Below, piece by piece: positions 1 to 10,999 of a stretch of 64,000 nucleotides of DNA (position 1 is its first letter; every line of letters begins with the position of its first letter). The DNA comes from Microcoleus sp. Its GTDB lineage: Bacteria > Cyanobacteriota > Cyanobacteriia > Cyanobacteriales > Microcoleaceae. The translations under genes were made by a program, and so were the position numbers. The notes below the pieces were generated by a model that was not told where the DNA came from, ran no database searches, and saw nothing but the letters and a program-made list of their open reading frames with translations. Location of the stretch: the NCBI GenBank assembly GCA_042408215.1, contig JAYFMW010000028.1, positions 128,001 to 192,000 on the forward strand. The letters run 5' to 3'.

Positions 1-1163
1 TTGGGAATTGACAGAAAAACTGCCGAGATGCCCCGATCAAAAAGTCAGGTTGGACTTCCCGCTCCTGGCACCAAAACAGTTCCTCACAGCTAGGGTAATT
101 TTCTGGCGACCGGTTAATCCGGATGAGTTTGCAGAAGATATTGCTGGATTGGAGTTAGAAACTCCTGCCCCAAACGATGCAAGACCTGCTCAATGGGTCA
201 AATCAGACAACTTGTGGGAGCATCGTTTCCGAGTTTTGGGTTTTCCAGATGGTAAACCTAATGGAGTTTGGGCTTCTGGCAGGTTATGCGGCAAATTAGC
301 TAATGGTTGGGTGCAGCTTGAAGGTGTAAAACAAGAGGGTTATAGATTAGAACCTGGTTTTAGTGGTGCGCCGATATGGGATGAGGAGCTACAGGGTGTA
401 GCAGGAATGGCAGTAGCAAATGAAACAAGACGGCCCGAAACCAGAGCTGCCTTTTTTATTCCCGCGAACGTACTAATTGAAGCTTGGCCTGAGTTGGGGG
501 AACAAGCCATTCCCCCTTGTTCTCCAATACCCGTAACACCAGAACAATTTTTACGCTCAAAAATTTACCAGAGTATTAAGCAGCCAGGGGCATTAATCTG
601 TGTGAAAACTTCCCAACAAACGGACATAATCTATTTAATAGCAAAGAAAATTATCTCTGAGGAAACTCCGAAAGACTATCAAGCAGTATCCGTGAACTTT
701 AAGTTGGCAAACAGAGATGTGTTCACCAGCCCGGAGAAGTTATTGCAGTGGTTCTGTAGGCAAGTTAGCTCGGAACTTAATCTACAAAATACAGTAGCTG
801 AGTTTTGGCAGGGAGGAATACCGGGCAATATCAAATGTACGAAATACTTTGAAAAATACCTGTTACCGGAAATCAAAACTACCCTGGTTGTAGTCTTGTA
901 TAACGTGGAGTTGATTCTTACACATCAAGCGATCGCAGACAACTTTTTTGGATTGCTGCGATCTTGGCATGAAAGCTACGCGAACGAGGATAGTTGGAAA
1001 AAACTGCGGTTTGTGATTGTCCATTCTCAAGATATCATAACCAATCCGCCGTTAAATGTAGCAGTCTTCATTGACTTTCCAGATCCAGCAGGGGGACAAT
1101 AATGTTTTACCTCTGCATGATTTGTATCAACTGTATTTATTTTCACATTTATTGGAGGGTTAA
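1..1163 (+). pseudogene. Trypsin-like serine peptidase fused to a degenerate AAA_35-like domain; 5'-partial, apparently frameshifted
   Basis: Trypsin catalytic-Ser motif LEPGFSGAPIWD and EDIAGLEL. AAA_35-like FFGLLRSWHE/WKKLRFVIVHS, but Walker A is eroded (KTSQQTDII). Frame 1 LGIDRKTAEMP joins ORF 8..1102 at the C-run near 31-34. An AAA_35-like tail DNNVLPLHDLYQLYLFSHLLEG* lies in another frame at 1095-1163. Confidence 0.65.
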
Positions 1164-3827
1164 TTGATGTACATAATTTCAGGAACTTTGCCCCTTAATT
1201 CCCCCACCTACGTCGAGCGAGAGGCAGATACAATGTTGTACGAAGCCTTGAGATCTGGGGAGTTTTGTTATGTTCTGAACTCGCGACAAACGGGTAAATC
1301 CAGTTTGAAGGTGAGAACAATGCAAAAGTTGAGAATAGAAGGATTTGTTTGTATTGATATTGACCTTAATCAGATCGGCGCGGATATCTCCATAGAAGAA
1401 TGGTATGTAGGGGTTATTGATTGTCTGCTTTACCAGAGAAATCTCGGTCATTTTAATTTGGACGAATGGTGGAATAATCATAACTTACTGTCGCCGATGC
1501 AGCGATTGAGCAAATTTATTGAGGAGAAATTGCTTGAAAGTGTCCCCAATGAAAATATTGTCATTTTTGTAGATGAAATCGACTCTGTTCTCAGTCCCAG
1601 GCTGAAGGGCAAGCTAGATGATTTTTTTGCTCTGATCCGAAGTTTTTATAACCAACGGGCTGATAAGCCAGCATTCAACCGTATAACTTTCGTGCTGTTA
1701 GGGGTAGCCACTCCCTCAGATTTGATCGCCGATCCAAGACGCACGCCGTTTAATATTGGTACGCCGATTGAGCTTAAAGGCTTTGATATCGATGAAGCTA
1801 GAAGACCTTTGGCTCAGGGATTAAATGGGAGAGTTAGCAATCCCCAAGCGGTTCTGCAAGAAGTCTTAGCTTGGACGGGTGGGCAACCTTTTCTTACCCA
1901 AAAACTTTGCCAACTTATAACAAATGGTATGGAGGAATCAGGGGTAGAACAGTTGGTGCAACAGCGAATCGTCCAAAACTGGGAATCCCAGGATAACCCC
2001 CCACATTTGACGACGATACGAGATCGCATTGTTCCCGGTCGCGAATCCATTGTTCACACTCTCTCCAGTCTGCAAAGTGTCGAGGGATTACTAAAGCTAT
2101 ATGAGCAAATTTTAGATAATGATGAAATCCCTGCTGATAACAGTTATGAACAACAAGAATTGCTGTTATCAGGGTTGGTCGTTAAACAGGATGGTCAGTT
2201 AAGAGTTTACAATCGAATTTATCAGCTTATTTTTAATCATCAATGGTTGAAAAAGCAGCTAAAATGGGTTACAAATCAGATATCAAATCATACACTAAAT
2301 CAGCGACCTTACCAAAATGAAATAACGGAATGGAACGCTAATAATCGACACCCATCCAAACTGTTGCGTGGAAAAAGATTAAATGAGGCAGTTGCATGGT
2401 ATAAAGGTAGAAACTTACCCTCAGAAGACCATGATTTTATTATAGAAAGCCAACAATTGAAAGATGAAAGTAACAAGCGTAACTCTCGCTTAATGATTAT
2501 GGGATTTTTCGTGGCTGGGGGTTTATATATGTGGCATATCGATCAGGTGGATCAGAAGTTATTTAGCGAAGGTGAGCGTACTCTCTTTAAGGGCATTGAA
2601 AATACCAATCGCGATCGAGGTATTGAAGCTTTCAAAGTTAATAAGTATGCCGATGCTATTGATTTTTTTGGCAAAGGTATACAAGCTAATCCTACAGATC
2701 CAGAAGTACAAATCTATGCTAATAATGCCAAAGCCTTGTTGAAAAATAAGGAACTAGGAAACAAAGAAAAGGATAAATTAGTCACTCTCGCCGTAGTTTT
2801 ACCTCTCGATCCTAAAGACGAAATCGCTGCGGAAATCTTGCGAGGAGTGGCACAAGCACAAACAAGTTTCAACGAAAACTCGAAGGATAGATTCTTAAAA
2901 ATTAAGATCGCTAAAGATGACGATACTCCCGATCGAGCTAACAAAGTTGCTCAGAAGCTAATCAAAGACCCAAATATTATAGGAGTGATTGGACACAATA
3001 CCAGTAAAGTTACAGCATCTGTGCTAACTACTTATCAAAAAGCTGGTATAGCCATCATCTCCCCCACTAGCACAAGCACTTCACTGAAGAGTAACGTTTT
3101 TTTCAGAACCGTGCCGAACGACGAAAAAACTGCTAAAAAATTAGCGCTTTATGCCATAGAAAACAAATACAACCAAGTTGGTATTGCCAATAACCCTAAT
3201 AGTCCATATAGCAGTAGCATAACGACAGCGTTTCAAAAATCTTTTGAAGACAAAAACCAAGGTCGATCGGTTGTCGGAGATCCGATTAATTTAGGCTATC
3301 CTGCACTGGATGCTTCTGGCGTAGTTTCAAAAATGTATGATAATCAAGTTAAGGCATTTGTATTGTTGCCAGACACAGAGACCATTTCTGTGGTTAATGA
3401 AATTGCCAGCGCCCAAAAAAGGCTAAGCCAGAATGGAGCTAAAAAGCTACCCCTACTGGGAGCTGATGCTTTGTACAATCCAAAGATTTTCGAGGCCGGA
3501 GATGCTGTTGAAGGTTTGGTTTTAGCTGTACCTTGGTTTGCAGAAGAACCAAATTCAAAAAATTTTGCTAAAGAAGCTGAGAAAAGATGGAAAGGGCGCG
3601 TTAGCTGGCGCACCGCGGCTAGTTATGATGCAACTCAAGCTTTTATTAAAGCTCTACCTGTGGATCAGAAACCCACTCGCACGAAGATATTGGAAACTCT
3701 CCAAGAGCGTAATTTTTCACAAAATGAATCTTCAGGAAATCCAATCCGCTTTTCTAACGGTGAACGCCAAGGTCAAGAACCAGTTCTTGTCAACGTAGTT
3801 AAAGGTAAATTTGAGCTGGTGAAATAG
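1164..3827 (+). CDS. AAA_35 ATPase-like domain + TM helix + TPR + branched-chain amino-acid-type periplasmic binding domain (receptor-like protein)
   Basis: YVEREAD, NSRQTGKSS (Walker A), IFVDEIDS (Walker B), WTGGQPFLTQKLC; hydrophobic LMIMGFFVAGGLYMW; PBP1 motifs GVIGHNTS, FFRTVPND, SWRTAASYDAT. Confidence 0.85.
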   Translation: MMYIISGTLPLNSPTYVEREADTMLYEALRSGEFCYVLNSRQTGKSSLKVRTMQKLRIEGFVCIDIDLNQIGADISIEEWYVGVIDCLLYQRNLGHFNLDEWWNNHNLLSPMQRLSKFIEEKLLESVPNENIVIFVDEIDSVLSPRLKGKLDDFFALIRSFYNQRADKPAFNRITFVLLGVATPSDLIADPRRTPFNIGTPIELKGFDIDEARRPLAQGLNGRVSNPQAVLQEVLAWTGGQPFLTQKLCQLITNGMEESGVEQLVQQRIVQNWESQDNPPHLTTIRDRIVPGRESIVHTLSSLQSVEGLLKLYEQILDNDEIPADNSYEQQELLLSGLVVKQDGQLRVYNRIYQLIFNHQWLKKQLKWVTNQISNHTLNQRPYQNEITEWNANNRHPSKLLRGKRLNEAVAWYKGRNLPSEDHDFIIESQQLKDESNKRNSRLMIMGFFVAGGLYMWHIDQVDQKLFSEGERTLFKGIENTNRDRGIEAFKVNKYADAIDFFGKGIQANPTDPEVQIYANNAKALLKNKELGNKEKDKLVTLAVVLPLDPKDEIAAEILRGVAQAQTSFNENSKDRFLKIKIAKDDDTPDRANKVAQKLIKDPNIIGVIGHNTSKVTASVLTTYQKAGIAIISPTSTSTSLKSNVFFRTVPNDEKTAKKLALYAIENKYNQVGIANNPNSPYSSSITTAFQKSFEDKNQGRSVVGDPINLGYPALDASGVVSKMYDNQVKAFVLLPDTETISVVNEIASAQKRLSQNGAKKLPLLGADALYNPKIFEAGDAVEGLVLAVPWFAEEPNSKNFAKEAEKRWKGRVSWRTAASYDATQAFIKALPVDQKPTRTKILETLQERNFSQNESSGNPIRFSNGERQGQEPVLVNVVKGKFELVK

Positions 3828-3879
3828 TAAAAAACTAAAGCAATTATCAAAAACTTGGAAGCAAATCCCTAGTATAGCC

Positions 3880-4016
3880 GTAGGGTGCGTCGCCATCAAA
3901 AATCCCAAAAAAGAGGGAAAATCTCGCAGCGACGCACCTTGCAAGAATTAGGCATAAGGTGCGTCGCCACCAAGAATCCCAAAAAAAAGCGAAAATCTCG
4001 CAGCGACGCACCCTAC
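3880..4016. repeat. Tandem pair of GTAG-type REP-like hairpins between convergent genes
   Basis: (GTAG)GGTGCGTCGC...GCGACGCACC(CTAC) occurs twice, with similar loops. Confidence 0.8.
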
Positions 4017-4037
4017 GATAATCAGCCCTCCCCTCCC

Positions 4038-6362
4038 TCAAACTGATTTTTCCTCGATGTAATTCTGAACATAAGACTGATAGGAATACCGGCTGCCTTT
4101 ATCGTTATTTGCCACCATTCCCAACAGCGGAATTCCGGCCATTTTCAAATCTTCAAAAGCCAACAATAGCGCCTCTCGTTCAGTTTGATTCAGCCCCACT
4201 ACCAAGATCAATCCATTAGTGTGAGCCGCCAACAAATTCGCATCTGCCAAACCCAAAAGCGGCGCAGTATCGTAAATAACTAAATCAAAATGACTTGACA
4301 AAGCTGCCATTAAATGCTGCATTTTTCGGGAAGAAAGCACCTTTGTTGGATCGGGAGGAACTGGCCCTGATGTTAACACAAATAGGTTTTCATCGCGGGG
4401 CGATCGCAAAATCAACTGTTCCACATCCAAATCATCCGCGATCGCATTGTGCAAACCTTGCCAATTCGGTAAACCCAGCATTTCGTGAACCTGCGGGCGT
4501 CGCAAATCCGCATCCACCAACAGCACCTGCTGGCCCATTGCAGCCGCCGCCCGCGCCAGATTTACCGCTACAGTAGACTTGCCGTCAGCTACTTGACAAG
4601 AAGTAATTACACAAGAATTGATCGGAGTATCAACGTTTAGTAAGCGAATATTAGCATTGAGCGATCGAAAAGCCTCTTGAAAAGCATCCGTCGGCATTTG
4701 CGAACTTCCCACATCCAGAGTAACCGTCTCCGCAGGAGTCAGCCTCAAAATTTTATCGCTAGCAGGAATTACCCCCAACAAAGGCAGCCGAATCGAATGT
4801 TTGACTTCCTCTGGAGTCTGGAAAACCTGATCGTTATTAAACCGTTGGGCCAACTGCGCCACCAGGGCACCAAAAACCAAACCAAGCAATCCACCCAAAG
4901 CCAAATTCAAAGGCATAATCGGAGCAACCGCCATCAACTCCCCATTGCGATAACGCGGAATTTCCGGCTTAGCAATCACCTCCCAAGCCACCTCTTTTTT
5001 ACCCACAGCCTCAAGCTGCAAAGCCTGTTGTTTAGCCAGCAAATTCTTCAGCGTATTATTAGTCAAATCCGCCTCCCGCTGCAAATCCGAATAGCGCCGC
5101 AAAATCACCGGAAATCCTTGAGAGTATTGATTCAACTGCTGAGCAGCTTGTTCCAAAACTTGATTTCTCACTCCCAAAACCTGAATGGAATTAGCAGTAC
5201 CTATAAACTGCTCAATCAACTTAATCCGAACCGGATCTTGAAAAGCCAGCACTTTTGAATTTACCTTAGCTAAATCTGTTCCCAGAACTTGTGTAGCTTC
5301 CTTTTTCAACAAAGGTATGAGATTCTTGCGCTGTTCCCGCAACAATTCCATTTGTGGAGTTTGATCTGTAAAAGTAGCTGAATTAATCGCAATTTGTCCT
5401 TCTAATTGCTGCAATTGAGTCAGCATTCCTTGATAACGAGGAGCTTGACTCAGAGACGAAGCCATCAGCGCTTGTTGCTGGTTAAGTCCTAGCTGATTTT
5501 GCAGATTAACATAGAGCAATCTCTGCTGATTTAGTTGCGTTTGAGCATCCAATCTTTGCGCTTGAATTTGACTAATTTGCTGCGCTAGTTGTTGGGTTTG
5601 AATTTGCGGATCGATGAAATTATACTGCTGCCGCAACTTTTGAATTTCTGTTTGAATAGCTTGTTGGCGCTTTTGCTGGTTCGGAATTTTCGATTTCACA
5701 AAATCCAGACTCTGGCTAATTTGAGTTCTGGTATCTTGCAGGCTGTAGTTGCGGTAGCCGATGGCAACTTTTTCCAAAACAAATTGAATCTTTTTTGGGT
5801 CACTATCCCGATAGCGAACTTCGAGAATTTTGGTATTTTTGAAGCGATTAATTGACAGCCTCGTTGGCTGAGTAAATGGCAAATTATCTGGTTTCTGGTT
5901 CAAAAGGTAGTTGTAATTTATTTCGGGATATTTAGCCCGCAACTGTTTAATAATTGGCGACATTACCTGGGGACTTTGCAAAACCTGAATTTGCGACTCG
6001 TAGTCAAAAACAGGATTTTCTGGCGTCGCTGGGGCTGGTTGCAGTTTCAGTTCACCGGAATATATTTTTGCTAAAGTATTTTGTGTTACCGGGGATTCTA
6101 CTAATAACTGAAAGCGCCCTTCGTACTCGCTTTTTTGATTGAGCGTCCAGCTAAAAACTCCTGTGGTGACAGCGGCTGCTACGCCGATCGCTAAGATCGA
6201 TCGACTGCGGCAAACTTCCCAAAAACTTAACTCTTCTGCCTCGGTTTTTTGGGGTTCTAAAAATTCATCATCTTGATAAAGCACGGAAGATATTTGTCGC
6301 TGTCCTGCTGCTTTTTGATTTTTCTTAAACAGTGATATCTGAGATTTTTTTACTGGTTTCAT
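4038..6362 (-). CDS. wzc: Polysaccharide co-polymerase / BY-kinase (Wzc/GumC family)
   Basis: N-terminal Wzz-like TM, coiled coil, second TM, EAFRSL, Walker A SCQVADGKST, VDADLRRP, Tyr-rich C-terminus. Confidence 0.9.
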   Translation of the reverse strand: MKPVKKSQISLFKKNQKAAGQRQISSVLYQDDEFLEPQKTEAEELSFWEVCRSRSILAIGVAAAVTTGVFSWTLNQKSEYEGRFQLLVESPVTQNTLAKIYSGELKLQPAPATPENPVFDYESQIQVLQSPQVMSPIIKQLRAKYPEINYNYLLNQKPDNLPFTQPTRLSINRFKNTKILEVRYRDSDPKKIQFVLEKVAIGYRNYSLQDTRTQISQSLDFVKSKIPNQQKRQQAIQTEIQKLRQQYNFIDPQIQTQQLAQQISQIQAQRLDAQTQLNQQRLLYVNLQNQLGLNQQQALMASSLSQAPRYQGMLTQLQQLEGQIAINSATFTDQTPQMELLREQRKNLIPLLKKEATQVLGTDLAKVNSKVLAFQDPVRIKLIEQFIGTANSIQVLGVRNQVLEQAAQQLNQYSQGFPVILRRYSDLQREADLTNNTLKNLLAKQQALQLEAVGKKEVAWEVIAKPEIPRYRNGELMAVAPIMPLNLALGGLLGLVFGALVAQLAQRFNNDQVFQTPEEVKHSIRLPLLGVIPASDKILRLTPAETVTLDVGSSQMPTDAFQEAFRSLNANIRLLNVDTPINSCVITSCQVADGKSTVAVNLARAAAAMGQQVLLVDADLRRPQVHEMLGLPNWQGLHNAIADDLDVEQLILRSPRDENLFVLTSGPVPPDPTKVLSSRKMQHLMAALSSHFDLVIYDTAPLLGLADANLLAAHTNGLILVVGLNQTEREALLLAFEDLKMAGIPLLGMVANNDKGSRYSYQSYVQNYIEEKSV

Positions 6363-6400
6363 TTTATCCTACAACTTCTCAATTTAAACGTCTGTACGGC

Positions 6401-6508
6401 AGTGCTAGTCTATTAGTTTCATCAACCCGGTTTCTGACTATATATCTCGTTACCAAACTTGAATTATTTGTAGAAACCGGGTTGATGAGACCTTAGTGCT
6501 AGTCTATT
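6401..6508. mobile_element. Short palindromic insertion (AGAAACCGGG family) flanked by a 14-bp direct repeat
   Basis: IR TCATCAACCCGGTTTCT / AGAAACCGGGTTGATGA; AGTGCTAGTCTATT at 6401-6414 and 6495-6508. Confidence 0.7.
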
Positions 6509-6512
6509 CAAC

Positions 6513-8120
6513 TCACCGAAAAATATTGAACAACCTGAATATTCCCAATAAAGGATTAAGAGGAGCGAGAGTGCCACCTACATTATCCGAGAACGTAGCG
6601 CGACCCGATCGCCTTACCATGATCACATCATTATTTTGCAATTTGGGATTAGTTTCATCATTAGCTGTTGCCGAAAAATTAATCTTGACAGTTAACTTAG
6701 AAACAGTGCCATTAGAATTGATGCGAATCAAATCTATCGAATCCATTTCTGCCCGCGCTTTATTAAAACCTCCCGCTGCTACCAGCGCTTGATTTAAAGA
6801 AGTATTTGGGGACAAGGCAATTGCTCCCGGTTTGACAACTTCTCCCACAATGCTGACCTTAATTGTATCCGGTGAAAAATTAGAATTAGCTACCTGTGCA
6901 CCTTGAGTTTCGTCGATATTTTCTGCTTTGGGAACAATCACCGTATCTCCCTGTTGCAGCGTTAAATCTTGAGATACATCTCCTGTCTGCAAAAGTTGCC
7001 ACAAATCGACATTAATAATTTGTTCCGTACCAGCCCGCGTCAGGCGACGAACTTGTATTTGTCTAATATCAGCTACCGGCGTAATGCCGCCAGCCATTTT
7101 AATTGCCCTAGTTACTGTTTGCTGCAAAACAGTTTCGCCACCAACAGTCTCGCTAGCAGCAAATAAACCAGAATTTGCACCCAATTCATTCTCTTGTACC
7201 TTACTTTGAACATCTTTTGCCAGAGTATAAGTACCGGGACGAGCTACTTCTCCCACCACCGCAATATTAATTGGCTGAGTGCTTTGTCCGGTAATATTGG
7301 CTACTGCTAAAGTAGGTGCTTCTTGGCGATTTAGGCTAGTTACAGTGGGAATAAATATAGTATCGCCGTCGCGCAAAGTCAGATCTGCCCGCAAGTCGCC
7401 AGCTTGCAATAATTCCCATAAATCAACGTTAATAATTTGTTCCTGTGCGTTGCGTTGGGGGCGGCGGATTTTGATTTGTCGCACGTCTGCTGACTGTGTA
7501 ATGCCGCCAGCCATTCGCAAAGCCCGCGATATCGTTGGCATTTGAGTTCCCATTTGCTCTGTTGTGCCTCCGGGGCCCGCCGCTGAGGATATTGTATAGG
7601 CTCCTGGTCGGTTGATTTCGCCCGCGATCGCAATTTGCAAAGGACGGGCGGCCAGCAGTTTCAGCGTAATCCAAGGACGTTTTAAGTATTTGCCATATCG
7701 CTCTTTAACACTGTTAGCAGCTTGTTCTAAAGTCATTCCGTACACCGAAACGCTGCCAATTAATGGCAAACTCAAGGAACCATCGGCTTGCACTTGGTGT
7801 TGACCGTTGGGGCCGCTGTATTCCGGGACGTTAAAAATGTCCATTTGAATGCGATCGCCCGCTCCCAAAGTGTAAACTTCCGATCGTACAGTTGTAGGTG
7901 CACTTGAAGGCGTATTTGCCGGAACAGCCGGAAATCCTGGAACTGCGGGTACGGGTACCGGTATGGGAACAGAAGAATCAGGAGGAAGAGGACCAGGAGG
8001 AGGAGGAGGCAAAAACTGGGCCGCCGCCGGAGATGAACCCACAGCCAGCACTGACACTGTTAAACAGTTGACAATTAAACCTTTGACAGTATTGAGTCCT
8101 GAATAGTTTTTCACCACCAT
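6513..8120 (-). CDS. wza: Polysaccharide export outer-membrane protein (Wza/OPX, SLBB repeats)
   Basis: Signal peptide, YTLGAGDRIQMDIFNVPEYS Poly_export motif, three SLBB units (GEINRPG, GEVARPG, GEVVKPG). Confidence 0.9.
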   Translation of the reverse strand: MVVKNYSGLNTVKGLIVNCLTVSVLAVGSSPAAAQFLPPPPPGPLPPDSSVPIPVPVPAVPGFPAVPANTPSSAPTTVRSEVYTLGAGDRIQMDIFNVPEYSGPNGQHQVQADGSLSLPLIGSVSVYGMTLEQAANSVKERYGKYLKRPWITLKLLAARPLQIAIAGEINRPGAYTISSAAGPGGTTEQMGTQMPTISRALRMAGGITQSADVRQIKIRRPQRNAQEQIINVDLWELLQAGDLRADLTLRDGDTIFIPTVTSLNRQEAPTLAVANITGQSTQPINIAVVGEVARPGTYTLAKDVQSKVQENELGANSGLFAASETVGGETVLQQTVTRAIKMAGGITPVADIRQIQVRRLTRAGTEQIINVDLWQLLQTGDVSQDLTLQQGDTVIVPKAENIDETQGAQVANSNFSPDTIKVSIVGEVVKPGAIALSPNTSLNQALVAAGGFNKARAEMDSIDLIRINSNGTVSKLTVKINFSATANDETNPKLQNNDVIMVRRSGRATFSDNVGGTLAPLNPLLGIFRLFNIFR

Positions 8121-8157
8121 CGCCTTTCGCCCCTATCCGCTTCCTACCCCATCACCA

Positions 8158-8688
8158 TCAAATGTAACCCAACTCTTCTAATTTACTCAGAATTTTTGTA
8201 ACACTTTCTGCCACACTTTCCCCATCTGTGTAACAAATAATCTCAGGATTGGGGGGTTCTTCATAGGGATCATCAATTCCTGTAAAGCCCTTAATTTCTC
8301 CGGCTCTTGCCTTAGCATACAGCCCTTTGACATCGCGCGCTTCACACACTTCTAGCGGCGCTTTGACATATACTTCAACAAAGTTAGGTTCCATTGCTCT
8401 AACTTCGTCGCGAATTGCTTGGTAGGGGCTAATAGCTGCCGTAATTGCCACAACCCCATTGCGGCTCAGCAGGTTCGCCACAAATCCAATCCGCAGAATG
8501 TTAGTATCTCGGTCTTCTTTGCTAAATCCCAAACCTTTTGACAAGTGGGTACGCACCACATCTCCATCCAAGATTTCGACTTTACAACCTCTGGCTTTCA
8601 ACTCTGGTTCAAGAGCTTTGCTGATTGTTGTCTTTCCCGAACCGCTCAGTCCGGTGAACCACAAAATAAAACCTTTTTCCATTTTCAA
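8158..8688 (-). CDS. cysC: Adenylyl-sulfate kinase
   Basis: [47 protein letters not shown]. Confidence 0.97.
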   Translation of the reverse strand: MKMEKGFILWFTGLSGSGKTTISKALEPELKARGCKVEILDGDVVRTHLSKGLGFSKEDRDTNILRIGFVANLLSRNGVVAITAAISPYQAIRDEVRAMEPNFVEVYVKAPLEVCEARDVKGLYAKARAGEIKGFTGIDDPYEEPPNPEIICYTDGESVAESVTKILSKLEELGYI

Positions 8689-8805
8689 TTGCTTTGTGAG
8701 TAGTTTATGGTGGCACTTATGCGACGCATGACTTTACTGTCGCGGTTCCCCATTGTCCGATTTTTTTTGATTTGAATTGCGATCTTAACTCTAAAAATAA
8801 CTAAT

Positions 8806-8858
8806 TTTTTTTTTACCGCAGAGGCCGCAGAGGACGCAGAGGAAGAGGGAAGAGGAGA
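8806..8858. repeat. Dispersed ACCGCAGAG-(G/A)CGCAGAG short repeat
   Basis: Same motif as the unit of the 36.7-37.5 kb tandem array. Confidence 0.7.
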
Positions 8859-9028
8859 AATATTTGATCTCAAGGTAAGTAACTCGTTCCTCATTAAACG
8901 TAAAATGCGATCGATCGCTATTACATACCCGACTTCTTAAACAAATCAAGGATCTGGGTATTCGTTTTTTTTAAGTGTTTCTACTTATATTTTATGTGGC
9001 TTTTGTCGATCGCCATTCTCCAATCTCA

Positions 9029-9140
9029 CAGGACTTAGGCACTCCGACTCCTCGAAACCGGGTTTTTTTACGAAAAGACCCGTTACAGCCCGCAGATTCC
9101 CTAAAAAACCCGGTTGCTGGGCCCCCATTCGTAAATCCTA
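9029..9140. mobile_element. MITE-like element (AGGACTTA(C/G)GCA-type end, internal GAAACCGGG/CCCGGTT hairpin)
   Basis: Related copy at about 34398-34500; it inflates the 5' end of ORF 8975..10999. Confidence 0.6.
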
Positions 9141-9157
9141 TAAAATCTAAAATTCTC

Positions 9158-10999
9158 ATGTCTTCTGTCTTAACAGCCGATGTTTTAGTAGTTGGTGGCG
9201 GTACCGGTGGCACCTCTGCCGCCGTACAAGCGGCCCGCTGTGGTGCCAAAACTATTTTGGTGAGTGAATTTCCCTGGTTGGGCGGAATGCTTACTTCTGC
9301 TGGGGTTTCGGCTCCCGACGGGAACGAATTAGCAGCTTTTGGGACTGGTTTGTGGGGCGCTTTTCTCCGGGAACTTCAGCAGCGGCAGCCGGGAGGTTTG
9401 GATTGGGGCTGGGTCAGTTTTTTTACTTACGATCCCCGCATTGGTGCGGCAATTTTTGCTGATTGGGTTAAATGTTTACCGAATCTGCACTGGATTTCTG
9501 GACAAATACCTCAAGATGTGCTATGGGAAGCCGATCGCATTGTAGGCGTTCAATTCCCAGATTTTACGGTTTGGGCCAAAATCACTTTGGATGCCACTGA
9601 ACTGGGAGATTTATTGGCTTTGGGTGAGGTTTCTCACCGTTGGGGTTGGGAGTTTCAAGGGGAATTTGGAGAACCCAGTGCGCCGATCGCTCCTAATGAT
9701 CTTACACAAACATATCCGGTACAAGCTCCCACTTGGGTCGCAATTATGCAGGACTATGGGGAAGGTGCTGTAGCCCCGGAAATTCCCGCGCCGCCTCTTG
9801 ACAATCCCGATCGCTTTACCGGTGCTTGGGATAATTACACTCCCGAACAATTTCTTAATTACGGCCGACTTCCCGGTGGACTGCTCATGATTAATTGGCC
9901 GATTCGTGGTAATGATTATGGGGAAAAGGTCGATCGACTCATTGGCTCTGAAACATCAAGACAAGAATTCCTCCAAGAAAGTCTATGGCACAGCCATAGT
10001 TTCGCCCGCTTCATTCAAACCCAACTCGGCCGCCGCTACGGCTTAGCAGAGAACATTTTTCCCATCAAAAATCAACAAAATTCTACACTCCTAAATTCTG
10101 CCTTCGCCTTGCATCCCTACTACCGAGAAAGCCGCCGCTTGCAAGGAGTAAAAACAATCCGAGAACAAGATATTTTGCCCGTTACCGGCGGCAGAGTCGC
10201 GAAGTTGCCCATAAATGCTGAGGGAATTTGTGAAACAATTGCGATCGGCAATTACGCCAACGATCACCACTACCCCTGTGGCGACATCCCCTTACAGCCA
10301 AAATCTATCCGCTGGGGCGGTCGCTGGACCGGAACTCCTTTTACAATTCCTTACAGTGCGCTAATTCCTGCGAATACAGACGGTTTGCTAGTCTGCGAAA
10401 AAAATATCTCCGTTTCTCACATCGCTAACGGTGCCACTCGCTTACAGCCGACGGTAATGAATATCGGACAGGCGGCGGGGATGGCGGCGGCTTTGTGTGT
10501 CCAACGGGGATGTCAGCCGCGGGAGTTGCCAGTCAGAGTTTTGCAGGAGGCTTTGCTGCAAGATTTCGAGGCGAGTGTGGCAGTTATTCCTTTATTTAAT
10601 TTGACACCTAATCGATCGGATTGGCTTTACTGGCAACGCTATTATTGCGATCGACCTTCCTCCTATCCAGCCAGCGGTAATTGTCCTTTGTCGGTAGAGA
10701 AACCAAGCACTGACAGCAGAAATACTCAAAGCCCCTTTTCTGGCATTTTCCACCGCCGAGGCGAACAAGATTACGCCCTGACGCTGACTGATTCGGCATC
10801 CAATGCCCGACAAACTTGGCAACTCGTGACTTTAGAGCCTGAAACCGACCAGTTTTTACAGAGTTGCGAAACCGAAAAGCCTCTGACAGTATGGGGGAGG
10901 CTGAATTTGGCCGGTGCTTGGCTGCTGGTAGAAGCAGCAGAGTTAGGGGAATCTGGTTTTTTGCAGAAGTTCCTGAAATTTCACAGAAATTTATCCTGA
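9158..10999 (+). CDS. FAD-dependent oxidoreductase
   Basis: DVLVVGGGTGG Rossmann motif, LGGMLTSAG, YYRESRR, ISVSHIANGATRLQP. Start moved to ATG 9158 because upstream sequence is a repeat element. Confidence 0.88.
   Translation: MSSVLTADVLVVGGGTGGTSAAVQAARCGAKTILVSEFPWLGGMLTSAGVSAPDGNELAAFGTGLWGAFLRELQQRQPGGLDWGWVSFFTYDPRIGAAIFADWVKCLPNLHWISGQIPQDVLWEADRIVGVQFPDFTVWAKITLDATELGDLLALGEVSHRWGWEFQGEFGEPSAPIAPNDLTQTYPVQAPTWVAIMQDYGEGAVAPEIPAPPLDNPDRFTGAWDNYTPEQFLNYGRLPGGLLMINWPIRGNDYGEKVDRLIGSETSRQEFLQESLWHSHSFARFIQTQLGRRYGLAENIFPIKNQQNSTLLNSAFALHPYYRESRRLQGVKTIREQDILPVTGGRVAKLPINAEGICETIAIGNYANDHHYPCGDIPLQPKSIRWGGRWTGTPFTIPYSALIPANTDGLLVCEKNISVSHIANGATRLQPTVMNIGQAAGMAAALCVQRGCQPRELPVRVLQEALLQDFEASVAVIPLFNLTPNRSDWLYWQRYYCDRPSSYPASGNCPLSVEKPSTDSRNTQSPFSGIFHRRGEQDYALTLTDSASNARQTWQLVTLEPETDQFLQSCETEKPLTVWGRLNLAGAWLLVEAAELGESGFLQKFLKFHRNLS

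Noticed and set aside
8975..9157. Long N-terminal extensions called for the FAD oxidoreductase (also rsmE, sir, msrA, argB, lipase)
   Set aside because: They run through repeats or intergenic DNA; downstream ATGs match the family starts.
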